Shown here: positions 23,581 to 35,595 of the stretch, piece after piece
Numbering within the stretch: position 1 is the stretch's first letter
Layout of the letters: each line of letters starts with the position of its first letter
Assembly (NCBI GenBank): GCA_973895155.1
Contig: OZ316899.1
Span: 2,935,455 to 2,999,454 of the forward strand
DNA from: Marsupella aquatica
Taxonomy: Eukaryota > Plantae > Marchantiophyta
Direction: 5' to 3'
DNA length: 64,000 nt
Position numbers and translations under genes: made by a program
Notes under the pieces: model-generated
The model's database searches: none
Told to the model about the DNA's origin: nothing
Seen by the model: only the letters and a program-made list of their open reading frames with translations

Positions 23581-25016
23581 CCATAGATCCAAAGGATGCT
23601 AAGATTGCTCAATTGGAGCAACAACTAGCTGCCATGGCTAGTTCCCAGGTGAGACCTAATTCTGGTGATGGGGCATCTACATCCTATGGACCTTCCACAT
23701 CCCATGGTCCTTCCACATCTGATGGAGCTGATGGAGACCTTGCCACCATGGGATTCATGTGTGGCACTGCACATATTGATGCATCAGCAGCGTTGACACG
23801 TGGGGCAGCCAAAGCTCTTGAGCCCCAAGGAGCAGTAGTGGAGTTAGATCCACAGAGGGAGGATGCACGTTGGCAGACAAAGCTTCCTCAGTCTTTTACA
23901 TTGTAAAAGACAGTTCAGACTGCCTCTATGAACCCGGTTCGGACAAACCCTGATGTGGGTAAGTCGGCAGAATCAGGTAGTGATGCAGTAGGGATGACAG
24001 GTACCCTGCTGGAGGCGGCTACTGCCATGGTCCGCACCCCATTATTTTCAGCGACAGACATGCTGAACTTGGGAGTTGGTCTTGCAGAAGTGTTCAGATT
24101 GGCAGCTACACTCTGTGAGGACACTCCAGTGGTTGCTTCCCATGCAGAAGCAGCTTGCAGTGTTGAAGCAGTGAAGACCATGCCACCTACTGCTACTAGT
24201 GAGACATGGCATGCAACAGCAGCAAGGTTGGTGGATTTACCAGCACGCCCTGCATTTGAGAGGACTAGGTTTAAACCTAGTGTTGTGTCATTGGATAATC
24301 AAAGTGGTATCTTCCGATTAGTTGGGCCTTCTGGGGCAGTATACCAGCCAGAGAGAGTGTTACTGGATACTGGTGCTCAGCCCTTGATGTTGGGTAAGTC
24401 TGCCATACGTGGATTGGGATTGCGTCTAGAGGATTTGGAGGATTGTCCCATTCCCATTCAGACTTCATTGGGGGGACCTACACCTACACAGCACATTACC
24501 AGGAGACCTCTTGATTTGAGGATTCAGGAAGGTCATACCACAGATAGCTCACAGATATAGGCGCGAGCTATTCTGACTAAGGTAGAGTCATATGATGTGT
24601 TGGTGGGATGTACAGTGCTCTACCCCATGGGATTTATTCTTGATTTTTGGGAGGAATCAGTGTCATATAGACCTGATTGGCAGTAAGGAGATGCTCGATT
24701 GAGAAAATTGCAAGTGAGATTTAGTGGACCTGTGGGAGGCCCTAAATCCACACCATTGTCTTTGGCAGCATTCAGTGGTCTAATTGCTGGACCTGATGAT
24801 TTGATTGAGGGTAATGCGCATGCAACAGATGTTCCACCATTGGAGGAGTCTCATGAGGAGCACATCATGCGAGGATTACCTGTTGGCAGTGTTGTGCCAC
24901 CAGTGTGGGGCACTGCATAGGCCTTGCCACAGGCAGCAGCACGATTGGTACATGATGCATGGCGTCATGCTTTTACACCACAGTCAGGACCAGAGTAGTC
25001 TCTTGCAGATGGACCT

Positions 25017-26028
25017 GTGACTCTTTCACCATTGGATACCACTTCTATTGCTTGGCAATATCCACTGGAGGGTATTTGTTTGTTGGATCTTTTTGGTGGA
25101 ATTAGCACTGGATTGGCTGTTGTTCTTCAGGCAGGAATTTCTGTGTGTCGTTATTTGTATGTGGAGACAGATGAGACAGCACGGAGGGTCTCATTGCGAC
25201 ATGTGGCTATGTTGGTGGATAGATATCCACAATTGCTGCCAGTGGATGCTGTTTGTGGTTATCAGCATGCACTACCTGCTAATATTTCATTGCTGGGGGC
25301 GGATCATCTGCATCGTGTTGGCCCCATTGATTTGGTGATTGCTGGTTGGCCATGTCAGGGCCAATCTAGAGCTGGCATTGGGCATGGACTTCATGATCCA
25401 CGCTCTGCACTGTTTTGGGAGATGTTACGGGTGTTGCGTCATCTCCAACTACATCAGACACAATCTCCAACATACATTTTGGAGAATGTGCCATTGTTAG
25501 GTGATGATTGTAGTCGGATTGTTGCCAGTGTTCACCAGGTGAGGTCTTGGATTGGACCTGCTGTGTTACTGGATGCTGCACATGTGGGTTCTCGTGCACA
25601 TCATCCATGTTTGTGGTGGACCAATTTGATCCCATGTGAGGTGCTGAAGCGCGCATTTGACAACATTCCACGCTCACCAGCCTTAGTGGTGGATGATATT
25701 TTGGATCCAGGGCGTCGTGCACAGGGTGTGACCCAACCACCTCCATTGGCAGTGGTCAATGCAGTTGGGCGCCCACGTTGTGCATTACCCACTCTTGTAA
25801 GCCACTCTGCTTCATATGCATTCAGAGCAGGTGGCCCTGGACTTGTGTGGGACACAGCTCTCTAGCAGTTAGTGGAGCCTACTGCTGATGAGAGAGAGCG
25901 TGCTATGGGAGTTTTGACTGGCACCACTGCAGTTGCCTCTGTGTCAGAGGGTTTGCGGCGCCAGGTTCTTGGTCAAACAAGGGATCTGAATTGTTTGACT
26001 TGGATTATCAGCTTGGGAGTAGCTTAAC
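25017..26028 (+). pseudogene. DNMT3-like C5 cytosine DNA methyltransferase domain within pol
   Basis: Motif I LLDLFGGISTG (25083), II YLYVETD, IV DLVIAGWPCQG (catalytic PC at 25350-25355), VI YILENVP (25482), decayed VIII AHHPCLWWTN; past a TAG at 25863, IX ERERAMG and X RRQVLGQ..DLN. Confidence 0.92.
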
Positions 26029-29000
26029 AGTTGCGGATGCGCTCTGCTGGAATTACTGATTGTCCCTTGGTGAGCTTGCGGTCCACTAAGACAGTACTGA
26101 CCACAACTGGGGGCGAGCAGACCTATGGACCTATGGCAGGATTGGCCAAGGCTAGACAGATTGTTGAGCAAGAAGGGACTGCTCAATCTACTGCTAAATA
26201 GCAATCATCGACTATCTTTTCTACCCTACAAAGAGATATTAGGGATTTGGTGGAGAGTTGGGAACCACAGCTTGGCCCTAAGTTGACAGGGAAGGAGAGA
26301 CGTTGCATGCATCAATTCCTGAAGAGTTACTAGAATTGTTTTGCATTTAGCATGATGGATTTGGGGACATTAAAGGGTCCTGGTATTCAGATTGAATTGG
26401 CTAGTGATGCGCCAATCTTTCGTAGGCCATATCGTTACAGTGACATGGAGAGAGCTCTGATTCAAAGCAGAACTCAAGATTTGTTGGAGGCTGGATTGGT
26501 GGAGATTTCATATGGGGAGTATGCATCTGCCACAGTGATGCCAGCCAAGAAGGATGTGCATGGCAATTACACAGATAGGCGCATGTGTGGTGATTACAGA
26601 CCCATTAATTGCCAGACAAAATCTGATAGATATGCCATGCCCACACCTGAGGAGATCTTTGATGCTGTGGGGCATGCAAAGGTTTTTAGTTCATTGGATC
26701 TGAGGGCAGGGTACCATCAGCTTCCAATTAGGCATGCTGACAGGTCCAAGACAGCATTCTGGGGGATTGATTCTTATGGCAAAGATTGTTTGTATGAGTG
26801 ATTATTCTTACCATTTGGGTTGAAGAATGCACCAGCTGAGTTCCAGAGAGTCATGGATCGAATCCTTGCAGGTTTGGATTTTGTCAGATGTTATATTGAT
26901 GATATTTTGGTCTATTCTTCTACTGTGGAAGAACATCAGTAGCACTTGCAGATTGTGTTGGAGAGATTGAGAGCACATGGGTTGAAGCTCCATCCTAGCA
27001 AGTGTAAGTTCTTCCAAGACCAGATTGAGTATTTGGGCCACACTATATACCCAAGGGGATTGGGTGTACAGCAGACTAAAGTGGAGGCCATTACACAGAT
27101 TCCTTGTCCTACTGATGTGAGTAGAGTTCGTGCATTCTTGGGATTGGCGAGCTACTACAGGAGGTATGTTAAAGGATTTAGCCAGCTTGCTAAACCTTTG
27201 ACCATACTCACTAAGTTGGATCAGGAATGGATTTGGGGTGATGACCAGGAGCATGCCTTTCAGGAGTTGAAGCAAAGGTTGGCATCATCCCCTATTTTGA
27301 GAAGACCCATTTCAGGCAGACCATTTCAGCTACACACTGATTGGAGTGGAGTAGGACTTGGAGTAGTGCTGACTCAGAAGGTTGATGAGGGGAATGAGTT
27401 TGGTGTGGCTTATGCCAGTAGATCAAACAATTCAGCAGAGGCTAAGTATAGCTCTTATGAGGGAGAGTGTTTGGCAGCAGTGTGGGCTGTTGCACATTTT
27501 TGTTGCTACTTGTTTGGTAACCCCTTCACCTTGATCACTGATCATCAGCCTCTTAAGTGATTAATGGAGTCTGACAAGCTTACAGGGAAGCTTGCACGAT
27601 GGGCATTGTTGTTACAGGAGTATGATTTCCAGGTGGTGCATAGGCCTGGGAAAGTGAACTTGGATGCAGATGGATTAAGCTGCAATCCATGTACCAGTCA
27701 GCAGGATGAGACTGGAGCCAGATGGCATGATGAGTCAGATAAAGAGATGGTGTCAGGATGGCATGCATCTGCCTTTCTTTGTTGGGTGCTAGCATACAGT
27801 GGATCTGTGGACTCTACCTCATTGGATGGAGTGGATGAGGAGTCTTCAGATGTGGATGTTGGTGAGGTAACTTTTGGACAGCAAGATATTCACAATGATG
27901 TGAGAGTGTTGGAATATCAGTGATTCTATTGTTGGCAGTGTTGATGCCAAAGAACGTGACAGGGTTCTACAGAGAGCCAAGAGGTTTTGATGGGAGGGAA
28001 ACCATCTTTTGAGAGTACTGCATGATGGCAGGGTGTTGGTGGTACCAAAACCATCACAATGAGTCCATTTGGTGCGACATGCACACGAGGAGTTGGGGCA
28101 CTTTGGTGTGAAGCGCACTTATAGCTTGCTGCAGACACAGTATTGGTGGCGTGGTATGCACACTCATGTCCAACAATTGATAGCTAAGTGTGTGGTATGT
28201 GATAGAGTGAGAGCATCATTTAATGCTCCCACTCCCCAGTTGCACCCGTTGCCGATCATGGGTTTGGGATATCGTTGGAGTTTGGATTTTGCTGGTCCAT
28301 TACCTCTTACCCAACGTCATAATCGGTATGTTTTGGTCATGGTGGAGCACTTCTCCAAGTGGATTGAGCTAGTGGCATTGCCAAATAAAGCCAGTGGAGG
28401 AGTTGCTGCTACATTTTTGGATCGTGTACTCAATCATTTTGGAGCACTAGCTGAGGTATTGACTGATCAGGGAATTGAGTTCCGTGGAGAGTTTGAGAAT
28501 TTGTGTGAGCAAGCTCTGATTGATCATCGTACTACCTCTCGTGATCATCCTCAGGCAGATGGATTAGCTGAGAGAGTTGTGCAAACTGTGAAGAGAGAAT
28601 TGCGTAAGTATGGCTTGCAGGTTGGTCATTTGGGAGATTGGGATCTCCAGCTACCTTGGTTAGCTATGGGCTACCGTTTCAATTGGCAAGCATCACTAGC
28701 ATCCTTCTCACCTTACTTTTTGCTCTATGGTAGAGAGCCAGATTTGCCAGCAGTTATTCGTCGTGATGCTGCACCAATTGTGAACTTGGATGATCCTGAT
28801 GTTTGGGCCAAGGTGTGTTTAGAGAGAGCACAGGTATTTTAGAGAGTGATGCCCATGGCTTTTGACAACCTTGCCATTGCCCAACATCGTGATACTTTGA
28901 GGTATGCCACTATTCGTGGAGGAGGTTACCGTGCAAGCATTCGACGATTTCATCCTGGTGATTATGTTTATTTGCAGCAAACAGCACCCACGACACTTGA

Positions 29001-29181
29001 TGTGACCGCAGGCCGGACAATCTTACGTGTGCGTGAAGTGTTGCCTTCTGGTGTCCTGATGTTGGAGGGACGCGATGGTATGGTTTGGAAGGATCATGTG
29101 CGCAACTGTGCACCATGTCACCTTCCCAACATTGATGGTACAGTAGATCCAAGCTTGGCACATGTTCATGTTGGCTTGAAA

Positions 29182-29316
29182 TGTATGTTGTGTGGATCTG
29201 CTCAGGGAGCAGCTACTATGTTGATTTGTGATGAGTGTTCTAGAGGATGGCACATGTCATGTTTGACACCACCATTGCAGGTGATTCCTAGTGGATCATG
29301 GTTGTGTCCTCAATGT
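29182..29316 (+). other. PHD finger at the integrase C-terminus
   Basis: CMLC...MLICDECSRGWHMSCLTPPLQVIPSGSWLCPQC = canonical C4HC3 with conserved W, ending the pol frame (TGA 29320-29322). Confidence 0.93.
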
Positions 29317-29486
29317 CGGTGAAGCCGACTAGTTATCATTTGTGTTCTCTTGGCAGATATGGATTGCATGTAGGTGATCGATGGGGCTCACTTGCACCCG
29401 GCCTCCTGATCTTCACACCTAAAAAGGTGTATATCAACCTTGTAGAACTCATGGCTAGCTAGAGTTAGGGGACCTTACTTCCAGCT

Positions 29487-29496
29487 AGGGGGGCGA
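29487..29496 (+). other. Element C polypurine tract
   Basis: AGGGGGGCGA, one base before the TG at 29498 that starts repeat segment b1. Confidence 0.8.
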
Positions 29497-29497
29497 T

Positions 29498-30103
29498 TGT
29501 GGGTTTTGGACATGTGTGGACATGAGTTCCACTTGTATTCCATTCTCTTGTGTTTGTGATGTGGCAGTGTGACTATGTTTGGATGTATGTGACAAGCGAT
29601 GTATGTTGTATAGCGATGTGTATGCGCACGATAACTATCACACCATTCTAGGTAGTGTTAGAGTGTATCGTATTATCTAGATCCGTATGTTTGGTATGTG
29701 TGCTATATGAGCCAATAAGGTTCCGTTAGGTTTGTGTGAGAGGGTACTTCTCACTTGTGAGGCATTGAAAGGTCATCTTTCAATGTTGAGCCTTGGAGAG
29801 AAAGGAGCTTGAGTGTGGCTATGGTGGCTGTGAGCTCCGCTTGTGTAACGTGGATTCCTTGAGTAGTGCAAGGTGCGTTGGCTTGACATACGTGTGTGAT
29901 CGGATCGGTGCGGGATCGATGGGGTATTGTTGACCAGGATCATTGTGCCGATTGTTGAGGAGATTATTGTGAGTTTTGGACATGTGTGGACATGAGTTCC
30001 ACTTGTATTCCATTCTCTTGTGTTTGTGATGTGGCAGTGTGACTATGTTTGGATGTATGTGACAAGCGATGTATGTTGTGTAGCGATGTGTATGCGCACG
30101 ACA
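29498..30103 (+). repeat. Element C 3' repeats b1 (29498-29633) - AC - a2 (29636-29967) - b2 (29968-30103)
   Basis: b1 and b2 are 136-bp direct repeats (TGTG[G/A]GTTTTGG...GCACGA[T/C]A); a2 matches 20306-20966. Confidence 0.92.
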
Positions 30104-30107
30104 GGTA

Positions 30108-33100
30108 CCTATGGCAACCGCCCCACCAGTTGTGGCTCGCGCTGCCCCAGCTCCCCCACAAATATCACAACGGTTGCGGTTTCATTATTGACCTTTCAAA
30201 GGGCGTCATGGGGATGATCTGAATGAATGGTTGGACGAGTGTGAAGGCCAACGGGGAAGATGCCATTAAGCTAACCGTCCTCCCCGGAGTGATGCGGGGA
30301 GAAGCTCGTCCATGGTACAACTCGCTGCCACCCGGGCCTATATGGGCACAATTCCAAGCTGCATTGCTGCAAGAGTTTTGTGCCATTGGATCAGAGCAGC
30401 GTTCTTTATTAAACATTGGCCAGCTTCGCATGGAAAAAAAAGAGATCCTACAAAAGTTCATTCAAAAGTTTCAAAAACTTGCTGCCAAGATCCGGCCCAG
30501 GCTGGGTGACGCGCTCCAGCTTACGTGGTTCCTCCACGGTTTGCCCACAAATATGCAATTATGGGTGCGCCAAAATAACCCAATTTCAATGCAAGCAGCC
30601 ATAGCGTGCGCCGAAACCTACCGGGAGTCCACCTATAACTCCCGGCAAAGCCAGTGGGCATGCCGTAAGAAGGGCAAGTACGAGACCTTCAGTGACAATG
30701 ACTCCGAATCAGACGACGAGAAGAAGAAGAAACACAAGAAGAAGAAGAAACATTGTTCGACCTCGTCCAGTTCGGAGATAGAATCTAGTTTGGATTCGAC
30801 TTTGACCAGCGGATCCTCCACCACTTCTAGCTCATCGAGAGTGATTCAGAGAGTGAGAGTCGAGGCAAGAAGAAGAAGAGGCGGGTTAAGAAGGAGGGGA
30901 AATCAAACCCCAGGTTCAAAGAGTGATACCCGATCCAAAGACTGCCGAAATAGACAAGCTTAACAAAATCACAAATTGTCTCAAAGCATTGTCAGTACAT
31001 CTCGCGGAAAAGCTGGTGGAGAAGAAGAAGCCACTTGAGACCCGAGCCCATGCATGGTGTTCAAAGTGCTTCCAATCTGGGCATGTCGTGCAAGAATGCC
31101 CAAGATGGAAGAACCGAGTCCACCGGGTGGAATTAGATGATGTTGACAACCCGGGACCTAAATCGGAGTCCACGGAGTATTTCTTTGAAGACCCTCCTGA
31201 TTCGGTGTATCATATTTCAATGGTGGGTCCGCGTAAGTTAGCAGGTAGAACTGCATACCCCTACCTAAACAATGGCAGAAGTTTCCAAGTTATCAGTAAC
31301 CCAAGCATTCCTCCTAAGCCAGGGATTTGACGATCCCCGGTTTGTTACAACTGTGAGAAGCCAGGCCACTTTGCGAGGGAATTCACCAAACCAAGATGGC
31401 AGGGGGATGGCCAAGGCACACCACTATGTCAAGTCTGCAAAACGGAAGCTCATTCCACGGCCAACTGTCCATTGGTAATAGCCGCTTGAACAAACACAAC
31501 AAGACCGGCCAAGGGCGGACCGGCCACGAGCGATGCAGTCGTCCAAATGATTGTTGTGGAATGGCAAGATGACAACACCGAGTGGGTAAATCTGGTGGAC
31601 GTGGCGGAGCACCCTAATCCATCGGATGAAGCTGAGTGCTACCAAGTGTCAACAAGAGCCGAGCGGAAGGAAGAGAAACGCAGGAAAAAGCAAGATACTA
31701 CTCCGGTGCAGCCAGCGATAGATATACCCCCGGAGAAGGATGATGACTACCATCGGGACGACCCAAGCTATTTTACCCCTGCATCGAAGAATTGGTAAAG
31801 AAATAGTTGGAGGCCTACAAAGCGCGGGAATACCAGAAGGCAATCAATAAGGACATCAAAGCAGCCAAGGCCGCCCAGCGATAGGAGCAAGAAAAGCAAG
31901 AGGAGGGAGCCAAGCAGCAGCCGAAGGAAGAAAAGAAGGAGGACTATGATATTAAGGAAGACATGAAGAGTTGCCCGGTTACAGCAACGGTAGGGCAACT
32001 GCTGCAGAACAATCCACAGTACCGACGGCAGTTGAGGGAGTTGCTTACGGGTCGGCAACGGAGGCGACTACCCCGAGTTGGGATCGCGGACTGCAACATG
32101 ATATGCGAGGACCTAGGAGCGCCGAACATCTCGATTGAGATCAATAATTGTACCATCAAGATGGTTCTCGTAGACGGAGGAGCGGGAGTCAACATCATGA
32201 CTGAGGAAACATCAGTCAAGTTAGGATACCTCACGTATCAACCCATAGCCCAAGCTATCAGATTAGCAAACGGGGCAAGGGTTCTTCCATTGGGCACGCT
32301 CACGCGAGTGCTCACTCGTGTAGGAGGGGTGGAGTTCTATCTCAACTTCCTAGTCATGAGACTGGTTCGGCCCTCCTCTTATCCGGTCCTTCTGGGCAGG
32401 CCGTGGTTGTATGGTGGCCGTGTAGTCACGGATTGGGGAAAGAAGGAGCTACGGTTCGGGACACCCACAGTACGAGTATCATGGGCAATGGATGATTATC
32501 AGGGTGAAACCCCACAGGGACCCGAGGAATATGATTCGGAGACCTCGGAGGAAGATGAGCTCAATATGATTGAACTCATTTGGTCCCTGTCCAAGGAAGA
32601 TATCTTCGGAGTAGAGGCAACCCGAGAAACGCATCTCCTGAATTACCCGAAGGTTGCTATTGAGTCCACCCCAAGCACCTCTACCGCCCGGGCTGATGAA
32701 ACGCAAAAATGGCCCATCAAGGAGGACATGGCTCCAGCTAAGCAGGGAGCCGATGCTGCTTCTACCAGTGTAGAGCCTAGTGACCCCAAACCGGCCAAAC
32801 AACTGCCCGAGGCCGAAAACCCAAGACCAAGACATAAGAAACAAGTCTCCTGGGACCCGTCCATCCTGCAATTGGAGGAAGTAACTCCAAATCCAAAACC
32901 AATCCTGGTTCCACCCATGTACGGAGGAGTTCGGTTAGTTGAGCTGGATGCAAGCCTGGACCCGAGCTTGCGGAACCAGGTGGAAGTCTTAAGGAAGGAG
33001 CACTACCGGAAGTACACCAGTGGGATGGATAAGTCTTTTAACTTGGGCCACGCTCTGACAGGGGAGGCGGAAAAATCTATCCAAGCACTGCTCAAGGAAT

Positions 33101-35129
33101 ATGAAGATGTGTTCGCATGGAGCCATCACGATTTAACGAGAGTCTCCCCCGAGTTGGGAGAACACACGATCGATTTGAACCTGGGGGCCCATACAGTACG
33201 GCAGCGACAACGTTGCATGAACCCGAGGTACTCCATCTTAGTGAAGGAGGAAATTGATTGTTTCCTCGCCGCAGATATCATCTACCCGGTAATGGCCAAC
33301 GACTGGGTTTCTCCCATTGTCATTGGACCAAAGAAGGGAGGTACGGATGGAAAACCTAAGATCCGGATTTGTCAAGACTATTGTAAGCTGAACGACGCAA
33401 CCCGAAAAGACCACTACCCGTTACCATTCACGGATATGGTTCTAGATATGGTAGCCTGAAACAAAATTTATACATTCCTTGACGGGTATTCAGGTTATAA
33501 TCAAATCTGGATCCGCCTCTCGGATCAGCTCAAAACAACGTTCACTACGGAATGGGGGACGTTCGCATTTTGGAGAATGCCATTCGGGCTGTGTAACGCC
33601 CCGACCATGTTTTAGCAACTCATGATGAATATCTTCCATGATTTCCTATGGGAATTTCTGGAAATATTTATCGACGACTTTGCCATCTTTGGGATTGTCG
33701 CCATGCACCCCAAACATCTACAACGTACGCTACAACAATGCTGAGAGGTTAACCTCAAGCTACATCCCGCCAAATGTTTTTTTGGGGTAGAGGAGGGAGT
33801 GTTACTTGGGCATCGTGTGTCCAAACGGGGTATCAAGGTGGACCAAGAGAAGGTCGCGGCTTGGATGGCGGTTGTGTTTCCCGTAGATCAAAAAGCGGTA
33901 TGATCCTTCTTGGGCTGTGTAGGGTACTATCGTTGGTTCATTAAAGATTTTGCTAAAATTGCGTTGCCCTTAACTGAGATGATGAAGAAGGACGCAGTGA
34001 TCGAGGAGACACCCAAGAGACGGATTGCTTTCGAAGAACTCCGTAAACGACTCACCACCGCACCTATCATGGTCACCCCGGACTGGAATAAGGAGTTCCA
34101 TGTGTATGTCGATGTGTCAGGGTTCTGTATCGGGTCCGTGCTCAGTCAGCTTGATGAGGACGGACGTGATCACCCCATCTACTTTGCTAGCCGTCAACTA
34201 TGCACAGCCAAAAAAAATATTCTCCCACTGATCGAGAAGCTCTGGGAATAATCTACTCATGTAAGAAGTTCCGACACTATCTGCTCGGCTACAAGGTCAT
34301 ATTCCACACGGATCATGATAGCCTGAAGTACATGGTCAACAAAGCGGATGTGACGGGACGGATAGCACGGTGGGTGCTACTTCTCTAGGAATTTAACTAT
34401 GAAGTTTGGGTTCGGCCAGGAAAGGCACATCTCAATGTCAACTTCTTTTCAAGGCTGGACGGCGTACCAGTTGATCAGTCAATTAATGATACTTTTCCGG
34501 ATGAGGAGTTATTCCACGTAGGGGCACAAACGCCTATGTGGTACGGCTCAATAATCACCTTCCTCTTAACAGGCCGCATCCCATCAATCAGGAGGCCGCC
34601 GCTGTGTTTTTACGAAAGGCCGGGCCGTACGTTATGATACAGGGTCACCTACACAAGGAAGGAGTTAATGGGAAGCTACAATGCTGCTTAGAGTACAAGG
34701 AGATGCTCATCGTTATGCGGGCCTTGCATGAAGAAGAAGCTGGAGGCCATTTCGCGGCTCTCACAACAGCCCAAAAGATTCTAGATTCGGGGTATTGGTG
34801 GCCTACGTTGCATCAAGATGTACAACCCTTTATCAAGGGATGTGATTTGTGCCAACGGGCTGGTGCCCCGAGGAGAACCCATAACCACCCCCTCACTTCT
34901 GTGCCCCCGCTAGCACCATTCGAGAAGTGGCGCATTGATTATATCGGGCCTTTCACTCCAGTTACCCGAAGAGGCAGATGCCGGTACATCCTGCTAGCCA
35001 TCGACTACTCCACTAAATGGGTTGAAGCACGGGCTACGGTGAGGGACGATGCCGCCACAAGCGCCCGATTCTTATACGAGCAGATCTTCACCCAGTTCGG
35101 ACCGCCCTTGGAATTAGTAAGTGACAGTG
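30108..35129 (+). pseudogene. gag-pol: A2 gag-pol, central part (multiple stops/frameshifts)
   Basis: ORF pieces 30223-30963, 30923-31330, 31963-33459, 33910-34251 and 34538-35134 align to A3 gag-pol; broken by A3 in the integrase at ELVSD. Confidence 0.93.
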
Positions 35130-35487
35130 TGTGACGCCGCCGGTACGGCGGTTAATGAGTGATTCAGTCTAACTGCGCTCGGCACGCGCGTTAGGTGGGT
35201 CTTAGGCCGCTATTATTAGCATAACGACAGTATTTAGGTAATCATTAGGGGTAGGACATCATTAGGCAATAAGGGGGACTTCAGGTTCGGGCTGGCGGCG
35301 GGTCGCTATTCGCACACCCGGGTTACGAGCGTGGAGGGGCCCCTCCCTCGGGTCCGTATAACGAACTTAAGGAAGCGGCCACTGACGCACGCTGACTCAG
35401 ACCGGCGGAGTGGCCGGTACACCACAAGCGTGAGCGGTTCAACCTATGGGCGTCGAGGAGACGTCGGGGATCGACAAGCCCTCAAAG

Positions 35488-35494
35488 TATAAAA
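35488..35494 (+). promoter_or_regulatory. TATA box upstream of the LTR-encoded ORF
   Basis: TATAAAA 358-360 bp from the LTR start in four copies (16385, 35488, 45580, 59138) and at the equivalent site in A1 (5195-5201, minus); 108 bp upstream of the ATG. Confidence 0.7.
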
Positions 35495-35595
35495 GGGGAG
35501 CCAACCCTTTGTAGTGCACCAGTCCATCAGTCCGCGCGCCAGCTTCGACCCCAGCTCTCTCGTTCTCTCTAGGTCACCACTACTATCTCCTCTGA

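Larger units (their letters stand above)
23613..29322 (+). pseudogene. pol: Element C pol: protease - C5-MTase - RT - RNase H - integrase - PHD (in-frame stops, one frameshift near 27.95-28.07 kb)
   Basis: PR LLDTGAQ (D at 24366); RT MCGDYRPIN/LDLRAGYHQ/CYIDDIL; RH LHTDWSG...ECLAAVW...TDHQPL; IN HEELGH...CVVC, SLDFAG, LTDQG, AERVVQ. ORF pieces from 23613 to 27923 all share frame 3. Confidence 0.93.
20306..30103 (+). mobile_element. Element C: Ty3/Gypsy LTR retrotransposon carrying a C5 DNA methyltransferase and a PHD finger
   Basis: TG...CA ends, 4-bp duplication GGTA (20302-20305; 30104-30107), domain order gag-PR-MTase-RT-RH-IN-PHD, PPT at 29487-29496. Confidence 0.93.

Noticed and set aside
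25017-26028. Host DRM/CMT/MET1 gene, or the DIRS-type adenine methyltransferase
   Set aside because: No introns, UBA, BAH or chromo domains; in frame with pol; motif order is unpermuted; PC/ENV motifs are C5-cytosine, not Dam-like.
20306-30103. Element C as a DIRS/Ngaro tyrosine-recombinase retroelement
   Set aside because: Despite the split repeats it has a DDE integrase after RH, a PPT, TG...CA ends and a TSD; no recombinase motif was seen.
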